From Silicimonas sp. (lineage in GTDB: Bacteria > Pseudomonadota > Alphaproteobacteria > Rhodobacterales > Rhodobacteraceae), in assembly GCA_013003245.1 (NCBI GenBank), contig JABDJX010000103.1, positions 1-47,381 of the forward strand: a stretch of 47,381 bases of DNA, written 5' to 3'. Positions 19,228-27,348 of the stretch are shown in pieces. Position numbers and translations under genes: made by a program. Every line of letters begins with the position of its first letter. The stretch's first letter is position 1. Under the pieces are notes generated by a model. The model saw only the letters and a list, made by a program, of their open reading frames with translations. It made no database searches and was not told the DNA's origin.

Positions 19228-20202
19228 CTAGAGTGTCAAAATAGTCGATCCGGTGGTCTTGCGGCCCTCAAGCGCAGAGTGAGCTTTTGCAACGTCCTCA
19301 AGGCGGAACCGCTGTCCAATCGCAATTTCCAATGCCCCAGACGAGACCTTGTCAAACAAATGCTGCGCCATTTCCTGACATCTTGCATGATCGGCCAGAA
19401 ACGTGAAAAGCGTCGCGCGCGTGAGTTTCAGCGACCCCTTTCCTGCAAGCGTCAGAAGATCAACTGGTGGAACCGGACCAGACGCGTTGCCAAACGAGAT
19501 CATGAAACCGAGTGGTCTGAGACAATCGAGTGAGCCTGCAAATGTATCTTTGCCAACACCATCCATCACCACATTCACGCCCTTGCCGCCCGTCAGATCT
19601 TTGACCTTCTCGACAAAATCAACATCGCTGTAATTGATGCACTCGGTCGCGCCATGTGCCCGCGCCATTTCGCATTTTTCGTCAGAACCAGCCGTTCCAA
19701 TCAGATTGATCCCTTCTGATTTTGCCCACTGACATGCAATCAGCCCGACGCCCCCCGCAGCGGCGTGGAACAGCACCGTGTCGCCTTTGCCTATGGGCGT
19801 GATGCGATGGAACAGATATTCGACGGTCATGCCCTGCAACATCATGGCCGCAGCTGTCTCAAATGCGATGTCATCAGGCAATCGGCAGACTTGGGCGGCG
19901 GGCATGACGCGTTCTTCCGAATAGGCACCCGGCGGCGTGGCTGCATAGGCCACACGGTCTCCTTGGGCCAGATGGGTCACACCCTCCCCCACTGAAACAA
20001 CAACGCCCGAAGCCTCCATGCCAAGTGCATGTGGCAATTCTAACGGGTAGAGCCCCATTCTTTGATAGACATCGATAAAATTCAAACCGCAGGCGCGATG
20101 CTCAATTCGAACCTCACCATGTCCGGGTTCGCCAACAGGCCGATCAACGATTGTAAGCTGTTCAGCGCCTCCCGCAGCCTCGATAATAACTGTACGTGCC
20201 AT
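19228..20202 (-). CDS. qor: NADPH:quinone oxidoreductase (zeta-crystallin/MDR family)
   Basis: 324 aa. MDR fold without Zn-ligand cysteines. AAGGVGLIACQWAK nucleotide motif. Confidence 0.8.
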   Translation of the reverse strand: MARTVIIEAAGGAEQLTIVDRPVGEPGHGEVRIEHRACGLNFIDVYQRMGLYPLELPHALGMEASGVVVSVGEGVTHLAQGDRVAYAATPPGAYSEERVMPAAQVCRLPDDIAFETAAAMMLQGMTVEYLFHRITPIGKGDTVLFHAAAGGVGLIACQWAKSEGINLIGTAGSDEKCEMARAHGATECINYSDVDFVEKVKDLTGGKGVNVVMDGVGKDTFAGSLDCLRPLGFMISFGNASGPVPPVDLLTLAGKGSLKLTRATLFTFLADHARCQEMAQHLFDKVSSGALEIAIGQRFRLEDVAKAHSALEGRKTTGSTILTL

Positions 20203-20291
20203 TCTGTCGTTCCCCTATTTTCTAACTTAAATATTAGCGCTCGAATGACAGATGTCGAACTTGCACCCATTCCAATCCACCCTACGATGTC

Positions 20292-20918
20292 ATGAGCACA
20301 AACCAAAGGGACCCTCACCAAATGAGCAATACGGAAATCCGAAAAATTCAGACCCAAGGCGTGCATCACATCACCATCGTCGGCGCAGATCGCCAGACGT
20401 CTATCGATTTCTGGGAAGGTGTACTGGGCATGCCGTTCATTTTTGATCAGCCCAATTTAGACAACCCGGACGAAGGGCATATCTACTTTGATCCCGGCGA
20501 CGGACGATTGATCACGATATTTACCAATGAGGCGCGCAAACCGGATGCCACCCGCACCTCGACAGATCAGGGTGCGGTCCATCATCTGGCCTTCAATGTC
20601 AGCCAAGCGTCGTTCTGGCAGATTGAAAAGCGTCTGGATGCCCGTGGCATCAAACATTCTGGTCCCAAGGACCGCGGGTTCATGGACTCTATCTATTTCG
20701 AGGATCCAATGGGCTTGCTGATCGAATTGGCCTCTTATCGGTTCGAGCCACCCGAAGGACACCGCCATGCAGATGTTATGATTGAAGCGCACCGTCTTCG
20801 CGTTACCCGCAACGAGCATCATATTGACCGAGAGCATCTGGCAGATGCGATCGAGCTTCTTGTCGCACGCACCCAGCAATCCCTTTCGGCAGATCGCGAT
20901 CCAAAAGACCCTTATTAG
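20292..20918 (+). CDS. VOC/glyoxalase-family ring-cleaving dioxygenase-like protein (MhqO-like)
   Basis: 208 aa: GVHHITIVGADRQTSIDFWEGVLGM and HHLAF...YFEDPMGLLIEL, which are paired beta-alpha-beta-beta-beta module signatures. An alternative start is ATG 20322. Confidence 0.75.
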   Translation: MSTNQRDPHQMSNTEIRKIQTQGVHHITIVGADRQTSIDFWEGVLGMPFIFDQPNLDNPDEGHIYFDPGDGRLITIFTNEARKPDATRTSTDQGAVHHLAFNVSQASFWQIEKRLDARGIKHSGPKDRGFMDSIYFEDPMGLLIELASYRFEPPEGHRHADVMIEAHRLRVTRNEHHIDREHLADAIELLVARTQQSLSADRDPKDPY

Positions 20919-20948
20919 ACCCCGCAACTGATGGCGCTTCGTTTTCGG

Positions 20949-22265
20949 CTAAATGCGCGCAAGCCATGTTGCAATGGACGGCACCATTATGATGATGATT
21001 AGCGCGACAATCATCGCGATGACGAACGGAAAGGCACCGCGAAAGATCATCCCGACCCGCAAATCGGGATCATCCATCGCTGACTTAATTGTGTAGACCG
21101 ACAAGCCAAAGGGCGGCGTCAGCAAGCCAATCTCGACCGCGACAACAGTCAGGACACCGAACCAGATCAAGTCAAATTCGGCTGCATTGGCGACCGGAAG
21201 TGCAATCGGCAACATGATCAGCATGATCGAGATTGAATCGATCAAACATCCCATGAGAATAATCAGCAACAAGTAGATGACCAGAAACCCATATGGGCCA
21301 ATCGGGCTGGACAAGAAGAACTCTGCCAATTCACGCGGAACCCCTGAAAGGGCCAGCATCCGGCTAAAAAACGTTGCGGCCATGATCAGCAACAGCACCG
21401 AAACGGTGATTTGACCCGTCTCGACAAGCAACTTCCAAAGTGTGGACCTGTCCAGCGATTTGCGCAGGATCGCGATCACCAATGCGCCAAAGGCACCTGC
21501 AGCACCTGCTTCTGTCGGGTTAAAAAAACCACCGTAAAGTCCACCAAGGACAAGGAGCATTAAGGATATGATTGGGATCGCCTTGCGCACGATAGCCCAC
21601 ATGGTCAGATCGTCATCAAATGCAACGGTGTCACCTGTTGCTTCGAACACGAAATCAGATCGCGTTTTTGCCAAAAGAACGATGGTGATCGTGAAAAGCA
21701 GCGATAACAGAAGGCCAGGACCAACCCCGGCAAGAAACATGCGACCCACTGATTCCTCGGCCAAGACAGCATAGACGATCATCAACAATGACGGCGGAAT
21801 GAGCATCCCCAAAACCGATGATCCTGCAACCACGCCTGTGGCAAATTTCTTCGTGTATCCGTGTCGCGTCATTTCAGGCACCGCGACGCGGCTGAACACC
21901 GTGGCAGAGGCAATGGATATACCCGTTATCGACGCAAAGACCGCATTGGCAAACACCGTGGCAATACCCAGACCTGCCGTCAGACGCTTCAACATACGCT
22001 CGAAAACGTCGAAGGTGTCCTTGCCGACGCCCGACAAAGCCACCAAAAGCCCCATAAGAACAAAAAGCGGAACAACCGCGAAAAGGTACTCCTGAAGCGA
22101 GTCATTGGCGACGGCCCCAATCATGCGCGTGGCCACGGCTTCGTTGCGGATCATGGCGACTCCGGCGAACGAGACCACAAGCATACTGATCGCAATCGGA
22201 AGCCCAATATAGATCAGAAAAATGAGCCCCCCGATCCCAAATATGCCAATCTCAAGCGGGCTCAT
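20949..22265 (-). CDS. dctM: TRAP transporter large permease (DctM family)
   Basis: 438 aa with DctM motifs (VVPLFVLMGLL, GFFNPTEAGAAG). 4-nt overlap with dctQ. Confidence 0.9.
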   Translation of the reverse strand: MSPLEIGIFGIGGLIFLIYIGLPIAISMLVVSFAGVAMIRNEAVATRMIGAVANDSLQEYLFAVVPLFVLMGLLVALSGVGKDTFDVFERMLKRLTAGLGIATVFANAVFASITGISIASATVFSRVAVPEMTRHGYTKKFATGVVAGSSVLGMLIPPSLLMIVYAVLAEESVGRMFLAGVGPGLLLSLLFTITIVLLAKTRSDFVFEATGDTVAFDDDLTMWAIVRKAIPIISLMLLVLGGLYGGFFNPTEAGAAGAFGALVIAILRKSLDRSTLWKLLVETGQITVSVLLLIMAATFFSRMLALSGVPRELAEFFLSSPIGPYGFLVIYLLLIILMGCLIDSISIMLIMLPIALPVANAAEFDLIWFGVLTVVAVEIGLLTPPFGLSVYTIKSAMDDPDLRVGMIFRGAFPFVIAMIVALIIIIMVPSIATWLARI

Positions 22266-22831
22266 GGTGTTTCGGTCTCGGTATTGTTGCCGCGCAAGAC
22301 TGCAATCGCGCGCACCACAAATTCAACCGCAGCGACGAAAACTCCAATCAGAATGAGCACCTGAAAGGGCCAGGTTTGCAGTGTAGCAATCCCGGGAACA
22401 CCAATGAATTCACCGGAGCCATAGTCCTTTTCAAGGATGCGCACGGTTGACCAGGCGATCAGCGCAATCATCCATGCGCCAACCAGATTGAAAAGCGCCT
22501 TCACAAGGCGTCCGATCATTGGAAACCGCCTTTGCAGTGGCGGCAAGAATATTTCAGTTTTTGCCAGGCGATCTGCGCGTATGGTCGCGGCCAATTGCAG
22601 ATACACGATGATAACCAGCATCAGGGCACCCAGTTCCGAAATCAGCGGAAGCGATGAGCCCAGCAAATTGCGAAAGACAATGTCGGCGCAGATGATCAGC
22701 ATCAAAACTCCGATCAAAACTGTGCCGATGGCGGCAAGTCCATCTACAAGCTTTGACCAAAAACGATCAAAGACGTCGAAGACGCGCCCAGCTTTCGACT
22801 GGGCGCGCTGGCTTTCATGCGAAGACTGCAC
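22262..22831 (-). CDS. dctQ: TRAP transporter small permease (DctQ family)
   Basis: 189 aa with four hydrophobic segments, between dctP and dctM. Confidence 0.8.
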   Translation of the reverse strand: MQSSHESQRAQSKAGRVFDVFDRFWSKLVDGLAAIGTVLIGVLMLIICADIVFRNLLGSSLPLISELGALMLVIIVYLQLAATIRADRLAKTEIFLPPLQRRFPMIGRLVKALFNLVGAWMIALIAWSTVRILEKDYGSGEFIGVPGIATLQTWPFQVLILIGVFVAAVEFVVRAIAVLRGNNTETETP

Positions 22832-22840
22832 CTCGCAGCC

Positions 22841-23914
22841 TTACTTGTCCCAATCGCGCGCCGGGGTCTCTCCACGGCTTCGCAAGGCTTCCATATATGC
22901 GGCGATGAATTCAGTGGCGGGGATGCCACGTGCGTCCAACGGTGCCGCCCAGTCGCCAGCAAGATCGGGCATCTTGTTGACCCATTTGACCAGCTCGCCC
23001 TCGGGCATTGGAACGATCGTTACAGGAGTATCCTGAGAGGCTCCAAGCTCTACCATTTTGTTGAGTGCAAACTCATGCCGCTCGACCAAGTCCTGACCAT
23101 GCGAAGTGGTATAATACTTGCCGGCCTCGACCATTGCGTTTTGAACCTCTTCGGGCAGACCTTCCCAACTGTCACGGTTGATGGCGACCGCACCCGAAAA
23201 GGCGCCACCCGCGTCGAAGCGGTTGATGTAAGGGGCGACCTCATAAAGCTTAATCGGCAGCGCGCCCAGCGCCAGTGTCAATGCGCCGTCAGACACGCCC
23301 GTCTGCACATCGGTGTAAAACGTAGTCAGCGCGCCGTCGACAGCATTGGCCCCCGTGCCGCGCAACCAGTTGCCCAGCACACCCGGCGCAGACAGTTTCA
23401 TACCTTCTATGTCGTCAACACCTGTGAGGGGTTCCTTGGTATACAGATCGTAAAGGTCGGTTCCCGTCAGCCCCAAAACCTTCAGATTGTGCTGTTCCCA
23501 CTCATCACGGAACGCATCGTTTGTTTCGATCAGTTCTTCCATAACCTCCAACTGAAGTGCAGGATTAGAAGTCGAGAACGGTGCGTTGGACGAGGCCTGG
23601 CTGAGAGGAAGCTTGGCAGCCTCCAAAAACGAGAATACCCAACCAATATCTGTAATGCCCTCTTCCACCGAACTTAGCGTAGCGTTTGCCTTGTAGAGCG
23701 TGCCTCCAAAGGCCTCGTTCCACTCAATCTGGTAGTTCCCGTTCTCGGCCAGGATCTCATCGGTGCGCGCCATGAAATGGGTCTTGATCATACCGACCCA
23801 AGGCACAACGGTCGGGTGGCTTGAGGCAACAGTCAGATTGATGGTCTCTTGTGACGATGCGGCCATTGGCATCACCATCGCCCCAGCGGCGATAAGCCCA
23901 AATAAAGTCTTCAT
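22841..23914 (-). CDS. dctP: TRAP transporter substrate-binding protein (DctP family)
   Basis: 357 aa. Signal peptide MKTLFGLIAAGAMVMPMAASSQ. Periplasmic binding-protein pattern. Confidence 0.85.
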   Translation of the reverse strand: MKTLFGLIAAGAMVMPMAASSQETINLTVASSHPTVVPWVGMIKTHFMARTDEILAENGNYQIEWNEAFGGTLYKANATLSSVEEGITDIGWVFSFLEAAKLPLSQASSNAPFSTSNPALQLEVMEELIETNDAFRDEWEQHNLKVLGLTGTDLYDLYTKEPLTGVDDIEGMKLSAPGVLGNWLRGTGANAVDGALTTFYTDVQTGVSDGALTLALGALPIKLYEVAPYINRFDAGGAFSGAVAINRDSWEGLPEEVQNAMVEAGKYYTTSHGQDLVERHEFALNKMVELGASQDTPVTIVPMPEGELVKWVNKMPDLAGDWAAPLDARGIPATEFIAAYMEALRSRGETPARDWDK

Positions 23915-23933
23915 CGGTTTCCTCCCTCGGTGT

Positions 23934-24338
23934 TCAAATCAGCGAAAATTTTTGGGTCGAGTAGTCAAGGCGCACAGTCACAGTGCCCTCGTTGATCAGC
24001 CATGGGCGTACATGGAAACTTCGCGCGCCTCGTGCATGCATGGGATCACTTTCTGCAATTGCGATGGCTTCGTCACGTGATGCGGCGCGGACAACAACCA
24101 TCCCCTCGCCCGCCCATTCCTGCTCGTCATCCGTCCACATGGGGCCAGCGGCAAACATGATGCCATCTTTTTCAAGCTGAACCTGAAACGCAAGGTGGTC
24201 TTCCAGATTCGCAAATACCGCCCCCATCCCGTCAGTTGGTTTGGTGAAGATCGCATAAAGTTGCTTTTGCAGCATCGCGCTACTTGCTTCCAACACTGCT
24301 CCTTTCGGAACTGCTTTCGGGTTATCGTTTTCACTCAT
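23934..24338 (-). CDS. YciI-like (dimeric alpha/beta barrel) protein
   Basis: 134 aa. The C-terminal part (MFAAGPMWTDD...MVVVRAASRDEAIAIAESDPMHARG...VRPW) has the YCII pattern. It carries an N-terminal extension of about 30 aa. Confidence 0.65.
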   Translation of the reverse strand: MSENDNPKAVPKGAVLEASSAMLQKQLYAIFTKPTDGMGAVFANLEDHLAFQVQLEKDGIMFAAGPMWTDDEQEWAGEGMVVVRAASRDEAIAIAESDPMHARGARSFHVRPWLINEGTVTVRLDYSTQKFSLI

Positions 24339-24365
24339 CTGCCACCCTCCCTGGATGCCTTTGGA

Positions 24366-25511
24366 TTAGCTTGCTTTTTGTAATGCCAATTCTGCCCGGA
24401 TTTCGTCGCCGTGTTCATCCAGTGTCGGCGGCGCTTGCACGTCTCGTTCAGACTTGCCATCGAAATTGTAGGGTGCACGCACTGTTGTAAACTGCCCCAT
24501 CTCCGGATGCTGTGACGTGACAGCGATTTGCAAATGCTTGGCTTGCGGGTCTTCCAGCGCTTCATCCGCGTCGTAAGCAGGCGAATGCGGCACTCCTGCA
24601 GCTTCCAAGCGGTCGCACCATGCCTCGCGTGTGTCGCCCAGGAAAACCGGCGTGAAGATATCGATCAGGTCGTCCTGATGCTTGATCCGCTCTAACCGTT
24701 CGGAAAACCGCACATCTTGGTTCAGGTCGGTCTGGCCGGTCGCTTCCAGGAACCCCTCCCAGAATTTCGTTGGCGACGACAGGTGGATCGCAATCCACTT
24801 TCCGTCGCTGCAGGCGAATGTATAGCTCTGCGACACGACTGGGCGCGACAAGGGGCCCATAATCTCGCCCACAGAATAGTGATGCGTGAAGCTATCAAGA
24901 TTAAAGTGGCTCATCGCTTCAAGCATTGAAATATCAAGACGATGCCCCTGCCCCGTTTTGCTGCGCTCCAACAGAGCAGCCATGATGCCCATCGCGGCAT
25001 ACTGTCCGGTAACCGCATCGGCGATTGCAGGACCAATCACGCGCGGGTTTGTCGGCGGGGTCAGCAACCGCAGATACCCGCTCGCGGCTTGCGCCACGGT
25101 GTCATAGGCGGGACGGTCGCGATAGGGTCCGCTTTGCCCGAACCCTGAAATCGCACAATAGATCAGCTTGGGATTAATCGCGCGCAAATCATCTTCGCCT
25201 GCTCCCAGTTTCTCGGCAACGCCGGGGCGAAAATTTTGAATAAACACATCGGCGCCAGCGACCAAATCATGCAACACCGCGCGATCGTTATCCTTCTTGG
25301 TATCCAAAGCAATAGACCGCTTGTTGCGATTATATGTCTGATAATGAGGCGAATAGAGCCCGCCTTTAAAAGCACGAAATGGATCGCCAGTTCCGGGACG
25401 CTCGACCTTGATCACATCGGCGCCAAGATCAGCCAAATGCATGCCAGCCGCTGGGCCTGTAATATACGTCCCTAGCTCTATTACTCTGATATCTTTTAGA
25501 ATCTTGACCAT
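24366..25511 (-). CDS. family III (CaiB/BaiF/Frc type) CoA-transferase
   Basis: 381 aa: IRVIELGTYITGPAAGMHLADLGADVIKVERPGTGDPFR and PAYDTVAQAASG, which contains the position of the catalytic Asp. Confidence 0.85.
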   Translation of the reverse strand: MVKILKDIRVIELGTYITGPAAGMHLADLGADVIKVERPGTGDPFRAFKGGLYSPHYQTYNRNKRSIALDTKKDNDRAVLHDLVAGADVFIQNFRPGVAEKLGAGEDDLRAINPKLIYCAISGFGQSGPYRDRPAYDTVAQAASGYLRLLTPPTNPRVIGPAIADAVTGQYAAMGIMAALLERSKTGQGHRLDISMLEAMSHFNLDSFTHHYSVGEIMGPLSRPVVSQSYTFACSDGKWIAIHLSSPTKFWEGFLEATGQTDLNQDVRFSERLERIKHQDDLIDIFTPVFLGDTREAWCDRLEAAGVPHSPAYDADEALEDPQAKHLQIAVTSQHPEMGQFTTVRAPYNFDGKSERDVQAPPTLDEHGDEIRAELALQKAS

Positions 25512-25540
25512 TGTGGCTCCTCTATTTCTTCAGCTGGGGC

Positions 25541-26338
25541 CTAATCACGCTTGGATGTTTTGCCGTCATACGAAATCGCAATGTCCGCTTTATGGGACAT
25601 GATAAACCCGATAGAGCGCATCGATTCTTCGTAAAGATGTGCCGCCAGACCAGCGGTGCGCGCCAGTAGAGGAACGGCTTTGAGGGCCTCAAGCGGCCAG
25701 CCGGCATCCAAAATGACGGCTGGGATAGCGCCAGAGACGTTTATGGGGAGCGGGCGATTGATAATCCCGGGCGCGTGCTTGGCCAAAGCGCGAAGCGTCT
25801 CGATATACGGTCCGCTGATGTCCAACTCGTCAGCGATTTCAAGAAGCTTATCGGCACGTGGGTCGCCGGCACTATGCTGCGGATGCCCAAGACCTGGCAC
25901 CTTTTCGCGGCGCTCTTTAAGACTATGCAAAGATGCGATTGCTGCGGTTTCGATGTCGGTTCCATCGGCCTCCGCTTTTGCCATGACTTCCGCCAGAAAC
26001 CTGCCCGCAGTTTCCGAGCTGCCTGCAACCACACTGCCCATTCCCAAAAGACCCGCCGCCATGGCGCCCTGCCATGCATCCGGTCCGGCTGCCAGTGTCA
26101 TGCGCGCGGCCTGAACGCTTGGCACCAAACCATGCTCTGCAATCGCGACTAGGCAGGCATCCAACATTTTGCGCTGTGCGGGGCTTGGGTGCTCGCCAAT
26201 GACCAGCAACCAGAAATAGTCGGTAAATGCGATTCCACCGATCAACTCGTCACAAAGATTGTGCCCGCGAACCGTTATGGAATCGGCATCCGACGTTGCG
26301 ATTGCAGTAAAGGCCTGGTCCTGTTTGCCAATCCGCAT
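25541..26338 (-). CDS. short citrate-synthase-fold protein (citryl-CoA lyase-like)
   Basis: Start moved to ATG 26338 (MRIGKQDQ), giving 265 aa. It aligns by eye to the C-terminal half of citrate synthase (IAEHG, PGLGHPQHSAGDPRA, ARTAGLAAHLYEE). Confidence 0.7.
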   Translation of the reverse strand: MRIGKQDQAFTAIATSDADSITVRGHNLCDELIGGIAFTDYFWLLVIGEHPSPAQRKMLDACLVAIAEHGLVPSVQAARMTLAAGPDAWQGAMAAGLLGMGSVVAGSSETAGRFLAEVMAKAEADGTDIETAAIASLHSLKERREKVPGLGHPQHSAGDPRADKLLEIADELDISGPYIETLRALAKHAPGIINRPLPINVSGAIPAVILDAGWPLEALKAVPLLARTAGLAAHLYEESMRSIGFIMSHKADIAISYDGKTSKRD

Positions 26339-26478
26339 ATCAATCCCCTTTTTCGCATACCGAAATACTTTTCTCTTGCCGAACGATATGACGCGGCGTA
26401 ACCTTCCGTCAAGTTGCATGTGCATCGCCGGGGCTTCCCAACCTGACCCCCGAAGCGAACAAGGGACAGTAGCTGCGA

Positions 26479-27312
26479 ATGGAAGCGTCAGTTATGAACT
26501 CAAATCCGGGCTTAAACGATGGCGACAGACCGGCAGAGTTTGTGGAGGCTTTGGCAAAAGGCCTTGGAATACTACAGTCGTTTGATGCCGCGAACCCTGA
26601 ACGCACACTCAGCGAAGTCGCCCGCGTTGTGGGTCTGTCTCCGGCTGCGGCAAGGCGCAGTCTGATTACGTTAACCGCGCTTGGCTATGTCGGGCAAAGA
26701 AACAAACGTTTTCACCTGCGCCCCAAAGTAATGACTCTGGGATCGGCGTTTTATTATTCTGCGCGTATAGACGAAGTGTTGCAGCCGTTCCTGCGCGACT
26801 TGGTCGACAAATTTGGCGACGCCTCGTCGGTGGGCACTTTGGATGGGCAGGACGTCATCTACATCGCCCACAGTTCTGTGCAACGCGCTCGGCGCGCCGC
26901 GGCAGTGGTTGGGGCGCGCTATCCGGCATACGCCACGTCTTTGGGGCGCGTACTGCTGGCTGGATTGAGCGAGGAAAGACTTGAAGCCTACTTTGATGGC
27001 TTTGAACCGGTTGCACTGACATCCAAAACACTGACCGACCCCAAGATCATCCGCACAGAAATTGCCGCCGTTCGTGATGCTGGGTATGCCACAACGGTTG
27101 ATCAACTTGACTATGGAATAACAGCCCTGGCCGTTCCAATCAGGGGGATCGATGGCAGAACGGTAGCTGCATTAAATACATCTGGCTACACCGGGATGGT
27201 TAATCCAGAAGAACTGATCGACGCAAGGCTGCCCGAGTTGCGCATAATTTCCTCGGGCATAAGCAATGCGTTAACCCGATTCCCGATGCTTGAATCGATC
27301 ATCGGACCATAA
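26479..27312 (+). CDS. IclR family transcriptional regulator (PcaR/PobR-like)
   Basis: 277 aa: FVEALAKGLGILQSF...LSEVARVVGLSPAAARRSLITLTALGYV, followed by an IclR effector domain. An alternative start is ATG 26494. Confidence 0.85.
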   Translation: MEASVMNSNPGLNDGDRPAEFVEALAKGLGILQSFDAANPERTLSEVARVVGLSPAAARRSLITLTALGYVGQRNKRFHLRPKVMTLGSAFYYSARIDEVLQPFLRDLVDKFGDASSVGTLDGQDVIYIAHSSVQRARRAAAVVGARYPAYATSLGRVLLAGLSEERLEAYFDGFEPVALTSKTLTDPKIIRTEIAAVRDAGYATTVDQLDYGITALAVPIRGIDGRTVAALNTSGYTGMVNPEELIDARLPELRIISSGISNALTRFPMLESIIGP

Positions 27313-27348
27313 TTAAAGAAAAGAAGTCCTTCAGGAGGAGACCCGAAA

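Noticed and set aside
22817-23677. 286-aa plus-strand ORF
   Set aside because: It is antisense to the DctP gene 22841-23914, which has a clear signal peptide and binding-protein pattern.
26351-26365. TTTCG-CATAC-CGAAA inverted repeat just upstream of the CS-fold gene as an IclR operator
   Set aside because: It has only 5-bp arms, lies 13 nt from the start codon, and I found no second copy. The evidence is too weak to call as a feature.
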